Positions 25,832 through 40,479 of a stretch of DNA of 64,000 nt are shown piece by piece. The translations under genes were made by a program, and so were the position numbers. The stretch's first letter is position 1; the number at the start of each line of letters is the position of its first letter. The stretch spans positions 29,018,001-29,082,000 of the forward strand of contig CM097885.1 of the NCBI GenBank assembly GCA_044892525.1, given 5' to 3'. This DNA comes from Schmidtea polychroa (Eukaryota). The notes under the pieces are model-generated. The model was not told the origin of the DNA. It made no database searches and saw only the letters and a list, made by a program, of their open reading frames with translations.

Positions 25832-26849
25832 AACGGGAGACGCTAGACAAAAACCAATGTGATATTTGAATTCAGAGTGTTAGATTTACTACAGAAATGC
25901 TCTAAAAGTAGCATAACTATATTTTTGTTGTGTTGTAATATTATAACAACTTTTCAAAACCACTAACAGATAATATTCCACTAAATAGGACAATAAGTAA
26001 TACACCCATTTTTAGATACTTTTAAATCAATCTAAAAGCACAAAAAATTTCTAGCATGAAGACTGAGTAAATGATACACATTTCCAAATTGAATATGCTA
26101 CAAGCAAGCAATTGTAAGTCACATTCACATGATATTATATCAATCGAACCAGTTGCAATTGGAATTTATGCCGTGATTCTTTATACATGCCACTAATAAT
26201 TATGTTTGCAAGCATCGAGTAGTGCATACAATTTCCTACTTATAGCAGATTGAATTTGGAAATGGTGTATGAAATTAAAGATTCCCGGAATTCCTAAATG
26301 GAAAGACCATGTAAATATACAATATTAAAAAGTAACATTTATATATTGCCTGGAATTCTACCCCAATTTTATTGAACAGAAGAAGAAAGAATAATTCAAA
26401 TTTAAACAATACGAAAGTTACTAAAGTCACGCAAAATCTATCCGAAGAAATATTAAAGAACTATTTAAATAATTATCAGAAGAAATATTAAAAGAAATAT
26501 CCGAATAATTATTTAAAGAAAGCCACATTTAAATCGGTGATTCGAGAAGTTAGAGTACTCAAAGAAAACTACATTCCAAAAGAAGATAATATCATAAAGT
26601 ACTTTTCTTTTTTTGGTTAATAAATTTTGTATTTTTTGGTTTATTGTTAGTTTGTTATTTTATTATCACTATTTTTAATTTGTCAGTATCTCACATTAAA
26701 CACATTCACCCCAGCGGTCCCGAGACAGTATTTTTACAGGCGACTCGGCTGGGTTCTTACAAATTTTCTGCAAATCATAAGTTACAATTAAAACATATAA
26801 AAACCACAAGTATGTTAATTTCGTCAAAGGCTCTGCAAGCAAACTGAAA

Positions 26850-28990
26850 CCTAGCATTGAAAATTGTTCATCAAGAAATTCTTTAAACAATCTGGTGAAA
26901 ACCATAGGGAATAAGCCGGTTGGGACTGGTAAAGATATCACTGTTATAAGCATAACGTCTTTGAAGAAGGTTATCAAGAGTAACCAGGATTACCTGTTTT
27001 TAGGAGTAATGTACGAATTAGTAGCGATAATAGTACCAAAATGAAAAGACATGGTAAGATTTTATTGAAAATTCAGTTTGGTGTGAAAACAGTGCAACAA
27101 ATATATGAAACAATTGATGATGTATTTCCAAATGTTTATATAGGATAGCTTTATACGAAAAGTGGCAGCATCATAGTCAATCCGAAAAAAGATTGCATAG
27201 AAACAAAAGGTATCAAGGTTCCACTTGTCTGAAAAACGTCTACATATTACAAAGAATTTTCTGTAAATGACACAATTATAGATAAAAAAATCAACCATAA
27301 AAACCATGGTTCTTGAAATTCTATATATCACTCTTTTAATTTCAACACATTTTCGATATAATTATTTAATACGATATAAATGCGATATATTTAATACGAT
27401 ATAAATATCAACATATCAATATTTTTTAAATTAACTCACTTTCCGTAATCAGATCGATCTGACATTTTAATAGCATGCAGTGTTCTTGACAGCAAATCTA
27501 CTTGCCAAATTTCAGCTCAATCGATCACGAAAAATAGGTTAATTTGACTTCAAAATATTGGCATGGCCTATACAAACATAAATCAGCGAAGTTAATATAG
27601 AGAGAGCAAAAATGGAGAAAAAATTAATTTGACTTTGTAAAATTGTTTAATTATTGATGATGGAGAAAATATAGTGAAACATGAAATATTTGTTCCAGAT
27701 TCCTTAGTCAATTGATTAAAAGGAAACATACTTGTCTAATTACGATTAATACTATAGAAATAAAATTATTTTATACGGAGCAAATTTGGGTTATATCAAC
27801 TATCTTTTTGAGGAAGCTAACTATTGTTATAAAAAGGAAGTAAAAGCGTTATCAGTACATGGAATGAGTGTAGAACAGGAAAGAACTGCAGAAATATTAC
27901 AGAAGATTATGAATAAAATTGATTGTGAAATTAAAATGTGAAATTGCAAAAATGATAAAGGTGTTTCTGAAATATTTAGTAGAAACAAATGGGATATTCG
28001 GAAGACAGCCTTTAGTAGAAGATTTTGACAGTTCGGATTTACAAAAATACATTTCAGATAATATACCGCTTCAGCAACATTTAGAAACATGATGAGTATA
28101 TTTTTACAAAATAAAAATTGGAAATCTTGTGTGAATTATCTCGACGATGTGTCAATCTTTCGAGGAAGGTTAGAGAAACATATCAAGATACCTCTACAGA
28201 CATTATCAAAATTAAAAGTTGCAGAATAAATGTGATTTTGTTCCGAATGAAGTAAAATATTTAGGCCATATTTTAAGTGAAGGTATTAAAGTCAATCCAA
28301 ATAAAATTACTGTCATAGATAACAGCAATATCTCAATAATAATTCAAGAATTAAAAGGTTTTCTTGGAATATGTACATATTGCAGACAATTGAGTAAGGA
28401 TTACAGAATCATTATTAAGTATGCTGGGGAAAGAAAATGGATTTGTATGAAATGAAAGGGAATAAAAAGCTCATTTTTTAATGAAATCATTAAGGGAAAC
28501 GTCAATTCTGAGTTAAATTATTCATAATGGTATCTTTATTCTCAATATAGACGTTTCCCATGACTACATTGGGGTTGTAACATCTCAATTTCAAAATAGC
28601 CTTGAAAGGTTATTGTATATGGATCAAAATGCCTTACAAAATCTTAGAACAGGTATTGCATCCCTCGGAAGGAACTACTGGTAATTCCAAGACGTGAACA
28701 AAGCTAACTATAATATAAGACTAACTATTAGACAAGATTCCAAAAGTGAAACAAGTCCTGAGAGAATATTATGTGCCAGAAATGAAGAAAATATCGATAA
28801 TAATAGAAATATTGGCATGCTAATTCAATATATTTGGGAACAGTGGAATACTAGGTTTGGTTGTCCAGAATATGTACATTCAGACAATGGATACAATTTT
28901 AGATGCAAACTAATTATAGTTCAACATAATTTATTGGAACTAAAAAGTAGACACCTTCCAAACAACAATAGTTATGATTTCAATGTTTCT
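26850..28990 (+). mobile_element. Degenerate Ty3/Gypsy pol (protease-RT-RNaseH-integrase order)
   Basis: GTGKDITVIS (protease-like, ~26920); ASATFRNMM and VNYLDDV (RT, ~28070-28150); VKYLGHI and LKGFLG; YCIPRKELL (RNase H); RFGCPEYVHSDNG (integrase). Confidence 0.85.
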
Positions 28991-29098
28991 GAAGGAAAGA
29001 CGATGTAACAATTTCGGCTTGACGAGTATCTCTGGTCTACCGGTAAAGGGGTTAATGGATAATACGATAAATTTTTTGAAAAAATAATAACAATATGC

Positions 29099-29550
<452 letters not shown>

Positions 29551-30779
29551 TACTAATATTACTATAATTACTATTATTACTGTTATTAAGAATTAAATTT
29601 ATGGAAAATAAAATTATATCAACGTCCGAAAAGGCTCTATTATCACAATTGCGCATTTCTAGAACCACTTATAATTTCAAAAAAAATCTTATCAATCATG
29701 TCAATGTTGTGATTTTTAAATTGGTTTTGCTATTTACGATTATTTCCAAAAAATTTCAAGTTTAAAATTTTTAGGATAAATATTTACAAATCCATTTGAA
29801 AGTTTTATGTCAAACTGTCGAGCTAAAACAATATGAATTTTCGGTGTTGCCGATGGGTTATGTTGTATGTTTAAATAAACTGTGAAATAATAGCGGTACT
29901 TTCTTTAATACTTACTCAATTTACGATTTGGGAAATCTTTCAATATAATTCCTCAGTTCCTTTTCAACATAAAGAGAAAGCTTAGATTGGGAATTATGCG
30001 TAATTTCTTCTGTCAAGGTCAGAATGTCTTTATAAATGGCAAATTTAAATTTATATTTATGAAAAGAATAGATAGAAATAGATCATTAATCAAGGATAGC
30101 CATAAACCCTATTAAAAAGTTTAATATATAACCCAAATTATAATTGGTAAGGTGATATAAGATATTATCAGTTTTAAATGATAACATGATAATTTAAACT
30201 TGTTATTGTTTTAATATTAATTGTACTGAAAAAGATTTTTAATTTTTAATTAAATCGCCTTATTTATTTATCATTTGTGACACTATGGAAGGTACTCATA
30301 ACTTGTAATGATACACAATATAACCGATATTAAAAAGCTTTTAACCCCTTTATGTGTCTTTGAAACAAAAAATTTAAATATTTGTATGAATTATATTTAT
30401 AATACAGTGCTATATTTATTATTTACCAATTATACGATTGACTATCCTCTTTTTTATTTAGAAAATATTTTATTAAAAAGTTTTAACTCATTTTCATATT
30501 CGGAGTTTTGACTTTGCTTTCTTTTCCTTTTGTTTAATCAACAAATAAAATAATTATATTTGCTCAGTTATTATCTAGTTTTACATTCACGGAATTTCTT
30601 TTTTGCCTTTGATTCTCAGTAAAATAGCAAATTTTACATTATGGATTTGCTGCAGAAAATAAACAATTAAAACAAACGATTTCTATCCCAAATCAGATAA
30701 TTTTTGTTGTTTTTATTAAATTATTTTTAGGAATTTTTAATGTCATATATTAAAAATAATATTAAAAGAAATAATAATA

Positions 30780-33293
30780 CACTCATACCTCGCTATACGG
30801 CTGCTCTTTATACGGCTTTTCGCTATAACGGCCTACTTTAATTACGGCACTTTTTCGATTTACGGCCTAAAATGTTTCGTTATACGGCCAAAAAAAGTGT
30901 GAAAAAAGGTGCGAAAAAAAACATGAATGTACATATTTTCAAAATGAAATTTTATTAATTTGAGTACAATGAATGTACATATTTTCTTGTTTATGTATTC
31001 TTAAAAGTAGAAGTGTTTATTCTTGTTTGGTAAATCTTGTTTGTTTATTTTTTATTACTATTTATATAAAGTGGAAAATTGGAATCTTTTGGAAACATTT
31101 CTGGTATGTATTGTATTAAAAAGTCTTTAATAAATATTTCCTTTATAAAACTTAATTTATAAATTCTTTTAAATATATATATAAATATATATATATATGT
31201 ATGTAATCCTTTTTTAAGACAAAATGCCACCGAAGCGTTCATCGAATTTGGAAACTGGTAAAATTATAAAGCGAAGCCGAAAATCTGTCACGCTAGGGAC
31301 TAAACTAGAAGTTTTACGTCGTATTGAAGCTGGTGAGAAAATTGTTCAAATTTGTAAGTCAGTTGGATTGGCGAAGTCTACCGTTCAAACTATTCGTGAT
31401 AAAAAAGAAAAAATTAAAGCACATTCGCAATCTGCTGCACCTTTAAGTGTCTCAAAATTAACTCGCCAAAGAAGTTGCATTATGGAAAAAATGGAAAAAT
31501 TATTGGGTATTTGGATTGAAGACAATAATCAACGGAGGATGCCAATGAGCCAAATGACTATCCAAGAAAAGGCTAAACATATTTTCGAGAATTTGAAGAG
31601 TGGGGATACCGATGAATCTATGGAAGATGTAACATTCCAAGCAAGCCGAGGTTGGTTTGAAAAATTTAAAAACCGGCACAATTTGCACAATTTAAAAATG
31701 AAAGGTGAAGCCGCTAGTGCCGATGATGACGCAGCTAAAGAATATCCCAACATTTTGAAAAAAAATATTGAAAGAGGTGGGTACCGACCCGAGCAAGTTT
31801 TCAATGTAGACGAAACAGGACTCTATTGGAAGCGAATGCCTGAACGCACGTACATTTCAAAAAACGAAAAGTCTGCATCTGGCTATAAGGTATCAAAAGA
31901 AAGATTAACTTTGCTCCTTGGTGCAAATGCTGCGGCCACGTTTAAACTAAAACCAATTTTAGTATATCTTTCAGAAAATCCGAGACCTTTTAAAGGGCTG
32001 GATAAGAAACAGTTGCCCGTCATTTGGAGATCCAACAAGAAAGCTTAGATGACTAAGATTCTTTTTGAAAACTGGTTCAAAAATTACTTTTGTCCAGAAG
32101 TAAAAAAATATTTGCGAGACGTTAACTTTAGCAACAAGGCTTTGCTAATTTTGGATAATGCTCCAGGACATCCGGTTAATTTATGCGAATTATCTGAAGA
32201 TGTGGAGATTGAGTATCTTCCAAAAAATACAACAGCTCTAATCCAGCCAATGGATCAAGGTGCAATAGCCACTTTTAAGGCATATTATTTACGTAGAACA
32301 TTTCGAAAACTTATAAACGTAACTGATGGTGAATCTTCGATTAAACAATTTTGGAAAAACTACAACATTAAAGATGCTGTAGTCAACATTAGCGAATCGT
32401 GGAAGGAATTGAAATCAACCACAATGAACCATGTTTGGAAAAAAATGTGGCCAGAATGCATAAAAACTGAAGATCCTGAAGTTGATTCTCTTTCTGAAAT
32501 AAGACAAAGCATATTGCACCAAGCGAATGATCTTGGTTTTGAGGATTTGGAAGAAGGTGATGTGTTTGATTTGCTAAATGCTGATAGAGAACCCCTTTCA
32601 CACGAGGAACTCGTCTATATTGAAGAGGACCGATCACTTGATGAGGAGCCAGAGCCTGATGTATGTAAACAGCTAACCTTAAAGAACTTGTCCAGTGCGT
32701 CTTCTCATTTCGAACAAGGAATAAAAATCCTTCTTCAAAGTGATCCAAACGTAGAACGCAGCGCTAACGTTTTTCGCGGAATTAACTCAGTGATTAACTG
32801 TTATGTTGAACTGCAAAAAGAAGCAAGAACCAAGGCAAGACAAACAACGTTGGATAAATTTCTTAAAAAATCATCTATATCTACAACAGCGGAAAATGAT
32901 GATGACATTATATTGCAGCTTACATATTCTTCATGTTCGTCTTCAGATTAGAACTCTGTCTTTAAAAATTTTAATTTATGTATTTTATTATGTATCAATT
33001 TATTAATTTCGATTTTATTAATGAATTTGTTTTTGTTTTTTTTTATTTCAGTTTATTGTTATATATAATATGTACTTGTTATTTATTTTTATTTTATATG
33101 TAAGCATTTTTAAATGAAATAAAAAGAAAAAAATGCATTTTAAACTAAAAACTACGTTATTTTATAAAAAATTGGAACCAATCCTATTGAATTTATATGG
33201 AATTGAATCAAAATATTTGATTCGTTATGCGGCGTTTCGCTTTGCGGCCAACTTTCCTGGAACGTATCTAGGCCGTAAAGCGAGGTATGAGTG
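30780..33293 (+). mobile_element. Full-length Tigger/pogo DNA transposon (2514 bp)
   Basis: 22-bp TIRs cactcatacctcgctatacggc / gccgtaaagcgaggtatgagtg (1 mismatch), TA on both sides, inserted in a (TAA)n tract. Confidence 0.97.
31224..32951 (+). pseudogene. Tigger DD32D transposase with a single in-frame stop (TAG 32046-32048)
   Basis: CENP-B-type HTH, FQASRGWF, FNVDETG, LILDNAPGH...QPMDQG and a C-terminal QTTLDKF PIP-like box. The stop replaces the Trp of the conserved KAWMT. Confidence 0.92.
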
Positions 33294-33656
33294 TAATAAT
33301 AATAATAATAATAATAAAAATAATAAATTTTAAAATAACTTTTTCATTGTGGAAACATTTATTAAAATAATATTCAAATAAATAACTATTTAAGCCATAA
33401 TTTTCAGTGTTATTTCATAAAATGAAATATTTTGTCCTAAAATAAGTCCAAATCACTCCAATACAAAAATTAAAAAGTCTTTCTTCTCACATTATTTTTT
33501 TCAAAAAATTTATAAATTGATAGAAAATTAAATTACTTTTAAAAATTTAATTCAAAATAAAATTTAATTACGAGTATTAAAATATGAATATATTTATATA
33601 ATATTTAAAATTTTATTTGGTTTTTCCGATAATTACATTTTGGTTAATAATAATAA

Positions 33657-33829
<173 letters not shown>

Positions 33830-34690
33830 AATATATTTCTGACAAAAATTATACTAATAACACTATTTTTCACACAAATTCTAAACAACTTTAATTATGA
33901 ATATTTTCATTTAATTCTCAATAAATCAATTGGTTTAGAAAAGTCTAATTATTTTTTTAAAAAAAGAAATTTTCTGATCAATGTATTATTTTTCTTTTAA
34001 ATGAACTTTTAATTTTATAATATTTTAATCTCAAAGCTTTCTTGAATTCAATTACAAATTATTCAAAAACACTCCAAAGATAAGGAATCAAAATGATTAA
34101 AGATTTCCAAGCACCAGAGATTACCGAGTGAAAATACTTTTAAATCTGTAGATATGAAACTCTTTATAAATAAAATATTTTATTAAATGAAAGATTAAAT
34201 GAAAAATATTAATTCCAAAATGTTTTCTTGTCTAAATGAGTAAAACATTATAAATCTTAAATCTAAAATGACATTTAATGATTATAACAAAAGAATTAAT
34301 TTAACCGATCAAATTTAAATGGCAACATCAAATATAATATTTCAGTTAAATAAATGTTCAGACGATTTTTTTAATTTTATTTACTAATACAGTCTTGAAG
34401 AAATAATTGAGATTTATGCGGCTAATTTAAATTTTATTTTATGAATTTTTACAAAAATTAAATTTATATTAATTAACGAAAAGTAAAATTTTCTTTATTT
34501 TCACTTCTCTTCAGACTAAAGATTAATATTTTTTTATTTATTATAAAGTTCCAATAAAGCCTTCAAGTATTATATAAAATTTGAGAAAGTCTGAAAAATT
34601 TGTGTATAGTTTGAATAGAAAAAATTGAATTTCTTGACATATTTGCAAATAATTACCTATGATACGGCAGTTGTAAAACAAAATATTTAA

Positions 34691-34880
<190 letters not shown>

Positions 34881-37773
34881 ATTATGAGGAAGTTGAAAGA
34901 TTTTTAAAGATCAATGGTAATCTTGTAAAAATTTAAAATATATTTTTATTGAAAAATATTTTAAAAAGAAGAAAGAAATTTATCATTTTTAAAAAATATT
35001 TTTATCAAAAAATATTTTAAGAAAAACTGAAATTTGATTAAATAACACAAATCAGAAGAGACAAGTTTTTGAGTATATCATTTATTAAATAAAATTTATG
35101 GAATTATTTAGTGATTTGAAAACTGATGTTGTAACGGATGAGAATCCTAATAATAATAATAATAATGATAATATTAATAATAATGATAAACATAATAATG
35201 ATAATAATAATGAAGTTTTAAATTACCGTATATACTCACGTATAAGTCAACCCCGCGTGTAAGTCGAAGTGACATTTTTGAGTCATTTCTTGTCATAAAT
35301 TGGAAACCTGCGTATAAGTCGACGAAGTAAATAAAGTATTGACATATATTGACATCTTCAAAAAGCTCAAATCAATCATCAAAAAGTTCATTGTAGAACT
35401 CATCTGAAACATATCCAACACAGTCCTCTGTGTAATCATTATCCTCAGATTGAGCTTCATCATATGCCAGATCACCTGCATTATCTAAATACAAAGCATC
35501 ATATTCTGATCCATCCATAGCATTACTTATGTCGCATTTTAGGAATTAATATTTGATTATAGATTCCAGATTTGATTTCCAAGTTTCATCAACCCAAGCT
35601 ACAAACAAATGCAATGTGAGGTTTCTGTAAATTGCTACCATTTGTTATAATTATTGAACCTGAACTCAGCCACTCAGTCTTGTGACATCGATCTTTAAAA
35701 GGACTATTGAGAGAGACATCCATTGGCTGGAGCATAAATTTGAGTCCTACTGGAATTACAGAGAGGTCAGTTTTGAGATCATTTTATGTTTTTTTACAAC
35801 CCACAGCAAGGTTAGCTCTAAACATGTCCCATATCAACAATGATCTCTTATTTCAGTAAGCTTCTTTTTATTTTTTCGTCAGTCTCGAATAAGCTTCTCA
35901 TTGACGTTTTTTTTCTCTGGCAGCTTTTGAGTTGTCATTATTCTCAGTGAATTCCACCACTCGTAATTTAAATCCAGCTTCATAAGAATTCCTACTTCGT
36001 TTCATTTTTGCACTGCTCTGTAATTTTTTGTTCAGTTTTTGATAAAAACAATCTGATTGGAAATATCATTTTGTCAAGTTTATTATTTGTTGGTTAATGA
36101 TGCTTGAAAATATTTTTTGATAAATTACAATTTTTTTTAAGAATTTTATTTTATTTATTAGAAAATTTAATTTAAAAATTACTGTATAATTAAAAAATTA
36201 ACACTACAAATTATAACCAAATTAATAATTTCGTTAAAAATTAATTTGTACTTTTTTTTTACCCGCGTATAAGTCAAAGTGGCTATTTGACGTAAATTTC
36301 CAGGGTCAGATTATGACCTAGACAAATAAGACAATTGTCTAGGACCAATTGTCTAGGACAGTCGGTCAAAATTAACAAAATAATAAATAGAAAATACGCA
36401 CGGTTTGATATTCCCGTTAGACGCTGATAGTTCACTTCATATAGTGTAGAAAGGTCCCTGAATTTACCGGATCACATTCACACATCATGCAGATTGGCGT
36501 CGCCAACTAACTCCATCGTAGCGTTTTCATTCTTCATTAGTGAAACATTTTAGTATGAACTTATACACATCGATGGATCACACATAAAAAATCTCTTTTT
36601 ATTTTCTTATTAATGCTGCGTTCTATGCAAAGTTCTTTGTAGTGTAGTTTTTATTTTTGCTCTTTGAAACATTAGTTATGAACGTAGATAAATACTTTTC
36701 CATATAATAAGTAAGTTTAATTTTTTACTTTTAATAAAATTTTCAAGTTGATATTAATTTATTTATTATTTGCTCGAAAATGAGTTACCGTTACGCTAGA
36801 GGCCACGACTAAAAAAATAAATGCGTAATATTTATTATTTACTATTGCTAGAAAATGATTTGCCATCACGCTAGTGACCACGAAAAAAGGAAGAAAAAAC
36901 TAAAGAGAGAAGAGGAATTCAGAAAACAAAAAAAACGCTTAAAGAAAACTACCAAGCAGTGATCAGATTGACGAGCTCTCGGTAAGACAAGGCGGAAGTG
37001 AAGAAAATACATAATAAATATAGAAGAAGTGCATATAATAAATGTAGATCAACTAACTGAAGATAATCAAGAACAAATATTGACACCAATGTTGCAAAAG
37101 CTCATTTAGAAGAAAATAATTATTGGGGAAAAGTTCTGCAACGTGTATTTGCAACAATTTAATATTTGGCTAGACATTCACTAGGTTTCGAGGTAATAGT
37201 GAAACATTTTTTGGATCTTTCCAAAGTGAAATACTTGGCCGAATTTGACGAATTTATAGCATCTCACATAAAAAAATATACCTCAGCTGGAAAAGGGAAT
37301 GTTAGTTACCCTTCGTTAACCATTTGTGACGAATTTATTAAGTTGGTGAATACACAAATGATAAGTACACGTTCCAATCAGAAATAAAGGCCTCTAAATA
37401 TTTTTCTATTATCATCGACTCAACTCCAGATATAACTCACACAGATCAACTAACTTTTGTGCTGCGCTATTTAACAGAAAGTGGAATTCCTGTGGAACGA
37501 ATTTTTGAATTTTTCCCTATACAAGAGCAGCTTTAGAAAACGAAGTGTTAAAATAGATTAAAAATTAAATTTTGATATTGCCGACTACAGAGGGCAAAGT
37601 TATGATAATGCAGCAATCATGTCAGGGAAATATAGTGGAGTCCAAAGCAGAATTAAGAAACACAACGAACTGCTCATTTTATTCCACGTGCTGCACATAC
37701 GTCAAGTCTGGTAGTTATTAGTGCTGCTGAATCATGACTGCAAGCAATAATATATTTTAACTTGCTAGAAAGC

Positions 37774-37939
37774 TATTAAAAAAGACAGTTTGAATACTAT
37801 AAATCAGTAATATATTGATGTTTTTTGATACCAACGAATTTTCAGCACTGCCTTTTTCAAGTGAATGAAGGTAAAATTGAAGGCAAAAACTCAATGGAAA
37901 AAATAATCAGTGAAGAAATTGGAAAAAAAAGTTCTTTTA
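37774..37939. mobile_element. Short retroposed insertion (repeat family H1) with internal inversion and 12-bp TSD
   Basis: TTGCTAGAAAGC is duplicated at 37762-37773 and 37940-37951. Removing the insert restores the transposase reading FNLLESIYTFF. Confidence 0.75.
37832..37864 (-). ncRNA. Minimal type I hammerhead-ribozyme-like motif (family H1)
   Basis: Minus strand UCAC-UUGAAAA-A-GGC-AGU-GCU-GAA-AAUU-C-GUUG; stem I partly mismatched. Confidence 0.55.
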
Positions 37940-38499
37940 TTGCTAGAAAGCATTTATACGTTTTTTTGCCACAACGCACCGATGGTATATTTTGGAAAAG
38001 CGTTTTATAGAGAACAATAAACATTTTACAGTTAAAAAATATTATCAACAAGATGGTCCTGCAGAGCTGATGCAGTGAAACCAGCTCGTACTGGATATAA
38101 CAATATTTAAACTTCATCGCTTGAAATTGCTCAAGATTTAACACAGAAATGTTCAGTTAAGCATGAAGCGCAGAGGAGTTAGCGAATAAAATCTTTACAT
38201 TGGGATTTGTTTTAATGATGGTTATTTGGGATAAAATCATATCAAGAGTTAATGCAAGTAGTAAATCATTACAGGATCCTTGTATTTTCTTTTCAATGGC
38301 AGAAATATTTCTAATAATTTATTCATATATATTAATACTTTAGGGAAATAATTTCTAAACATCGAAGAAGAAGCTTTAAAAATATCTGAAATAAAATCCT
38401 ATTCAGACTTAGAGAATGGACAAAGGAAAAGAAGAAATCTGTATTGTAACGAAGAGGATAAAATTGCTGTTATTTAACTTTTGACAATTTGTCTTAGAA

Positions 38500-38937
38500 C
38501 AGCGCTTCTCAACCTTTCTGTTATTGCGACCCAGTTTACCAACGTAAATATTCTCGCGCCCCTTTTTTTGATCAATCGAAAATTATAGTGTCAATCATTA
38601 ATCAGATCACATCTAAATATAGAAAAAGAACTTAGGGTATCCATATCTGGTATTACTCCTTCATTTCAAAAACTTTGCAATGAGAAACAGGCTCAAGGAA
38701 GTCATTAATTAATAACATAACATATTTAACTGGTATTTGTTTCATACTAATAAACTTAAATAATAAATATAATAAATTATTTATTGGTAATATGTAATTA
38801 TAAACTGTATTCTTATTTTAAATATATATATATATATATTAATTTTTTAATTATGCAATTTCTTTTATTTAACCTTCAACAAAGTTTTAATTTTGTTTTT
38901 AAATATACTCGCGCGCCCCACAGGTTGAGAATCGCTG
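38500..38937 (+). mobile_element. Buster-type non-autonomous hAT element
   Basis: TIRs cagcgcttctcaacc / ggttgagaatcgctg; TSD tcttagaa / gcttagaa. Retains a transposase C-terminus (LCNEKQAQGSH*). Confidence 0.85.
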
Positions 38938-39364
38938 GCTTAGAACTAAAAACTCATAGTAAGAGTTACAACGAAATTAACATTATTTTTCAAATTATCC
39001 TTTCTTATGAATACCTCGATGACATTTCCTCTATTTGCGAGCACACAGGGGAATTAAAAAATTGTTATAAAAATGATATTGATATTAACGAATTAGATGA
39101 GGAATTATTACAATTTTTATGCTCTGTAAAAGTGAGAATTTAAATTCCCTTATAAATATGCTCCAGTTTATAAAAACAGCGCACGTTGTATCTACTTTCA
39201 CTAATGTTTAAACTTTGTTGCGAATATATTTGACATAACCCATTACAAATGCTACATGCGAAAGATATTTTTCAGTTATAAGATTTTTATAGAATTATCT
39301 TAGAAATTCTATAAATCATTCGAAATTAAATTGTTTAGCTGTATGGTGTAAGAATGCTCTAGAA

Positions 39365-39648
39365 CAGGGCTTCTTAAACTATGGGTCGCAACCCCGTTTG
39401 GGGTCGCCTAGCGAAATATTGGGGTCGCGAAATTTTTATATAAAATATCCAAATACATAAAATTGCATAATTGTCGTATGTTTTCCTACTCATTAGGCAA
39501 ATGAAACGTCAATTTTGTCATATGTATTTATATTATTACTTAATTAATAAATCTTCACAAAAAATTTATATAACTTTATTTTAAATTATAAGGGGTCGCA
39601 AAAAAGGTTTACAATCATTAATGAATGAAAAAGGTTTAAGAAGCACTG
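39365..39648. mobile_element. Buster-type hAT MITE
   Basis: TIRs cagggcttcttaaac / gtttaagaagcactg; TSD CTCTAGAA on both sides. Confidence 0.88.
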
Positions 39649-39656
39649 CTCTAGAA

Positions 39657-40060
39657 CATCTACTCTCAAACTATGGGTCGCGACCCGCATGTGGGTCGCA
39701 TGGATGCTATTTGTAAAAAAATGAAACAAACTACGTTACAAACTTTTTAATCTGCTACAAACAAAACGAACTGGTCAGCAATATGCAAGCTCACCCATCT
39801 CATTAATATGCTAAATTTATTCGAGAATGCAACTGTGTTTTTTAAATTTATTCTTTTATTTCGAATAATTAATTGTAATAATTATCTTTAAGAATTAAGG
39901 GTTTGTTAGCAAAATTTTGAAAGAATTAATGGGAAAATATTTAAGTCGGAGTTGGTAAATATAAAGTTGATTGCAAAAGAAGGAAATATTTTATATTGGG
40001 TCGCCAAGTTTCAGGTTTCTGGCTAGTAGGTCCCTATTTAAAACAGTTTGAGGACCCCTG
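39657..40060. mobile_element. Buster-type hAT MITE (different family, tandem at the same site)
   Basis: Ends catctactctcaaact / agtttgaggacccctg; TSD CTCTAGAA on both sides. Confidence 0.82.
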
Positions 40061-40479
40061 CTCTAGAATATATTAATTTTGACGATATAATTGATAAGTT
40101 TGCAGATATGAGTGCGAGGAAAATGAACTTTTAACTTTTTAGGAAATACTCGTTTATTTTTACCGTAAAACACTAATTAATACAATATTCATAATATGTA
40201 TATTTCAATTTTATTTCCTAATATGCGCGACATACTTGTAACGGCAATATTAAGATTTATTGTTTTCTATATTAAAAACTATTTTTATTGTGCTTTTTAA
40301 TTTTTATGTATTTTTATGCAATAAATTCCTATTTTTTTTAATTAAGAAATTTTAATTCTAATTATCCTCAGCCCCATAAAGCCCGGAGATAAAAAATATG
40401 TTTAAGGACCCACAAAAGGTCTTTTCGGACCCTGTAAATTTCTCTACTTAATAATTCTCTACTTATACGCGTTTACAGT

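Larger units (their letters stand above)
36301..40434 (+). mobile_element. Degenerate ZMYM1-type hAT transposon
   Basis: TIRs cagggtcaga / tcggaccctg and a perfect 8-bp TSD TAAATTTC. Remnants IIDSTPDITHTDQLTFVLRY, RGQSYDNAAIMSG and PITNATCER. Confidence 0.92.
35226..40478 (-). mobile_element. Degenerate pogo (POGK/Passer-like) element split by a hAT insertion
   Basis: TA+ccgtatatactcacgtataag terminus. Minus-strand remnants MKRSRNSYEAGFKLRVVEF (~36005), SLLIWDMFRA and LQPMDVSLNSPFK. Residual end cttatacgcg at ~40462, just after the hAT TSD. Confidence 0.75.

Noticed and set aside
32046..32048. Programmed stop readthrough or an alternative genetic code in the Tigger ORF
   Set aside because: A single TGG-to-TAG substitution is the simpler explanation, and other genes here translate with the standard code.
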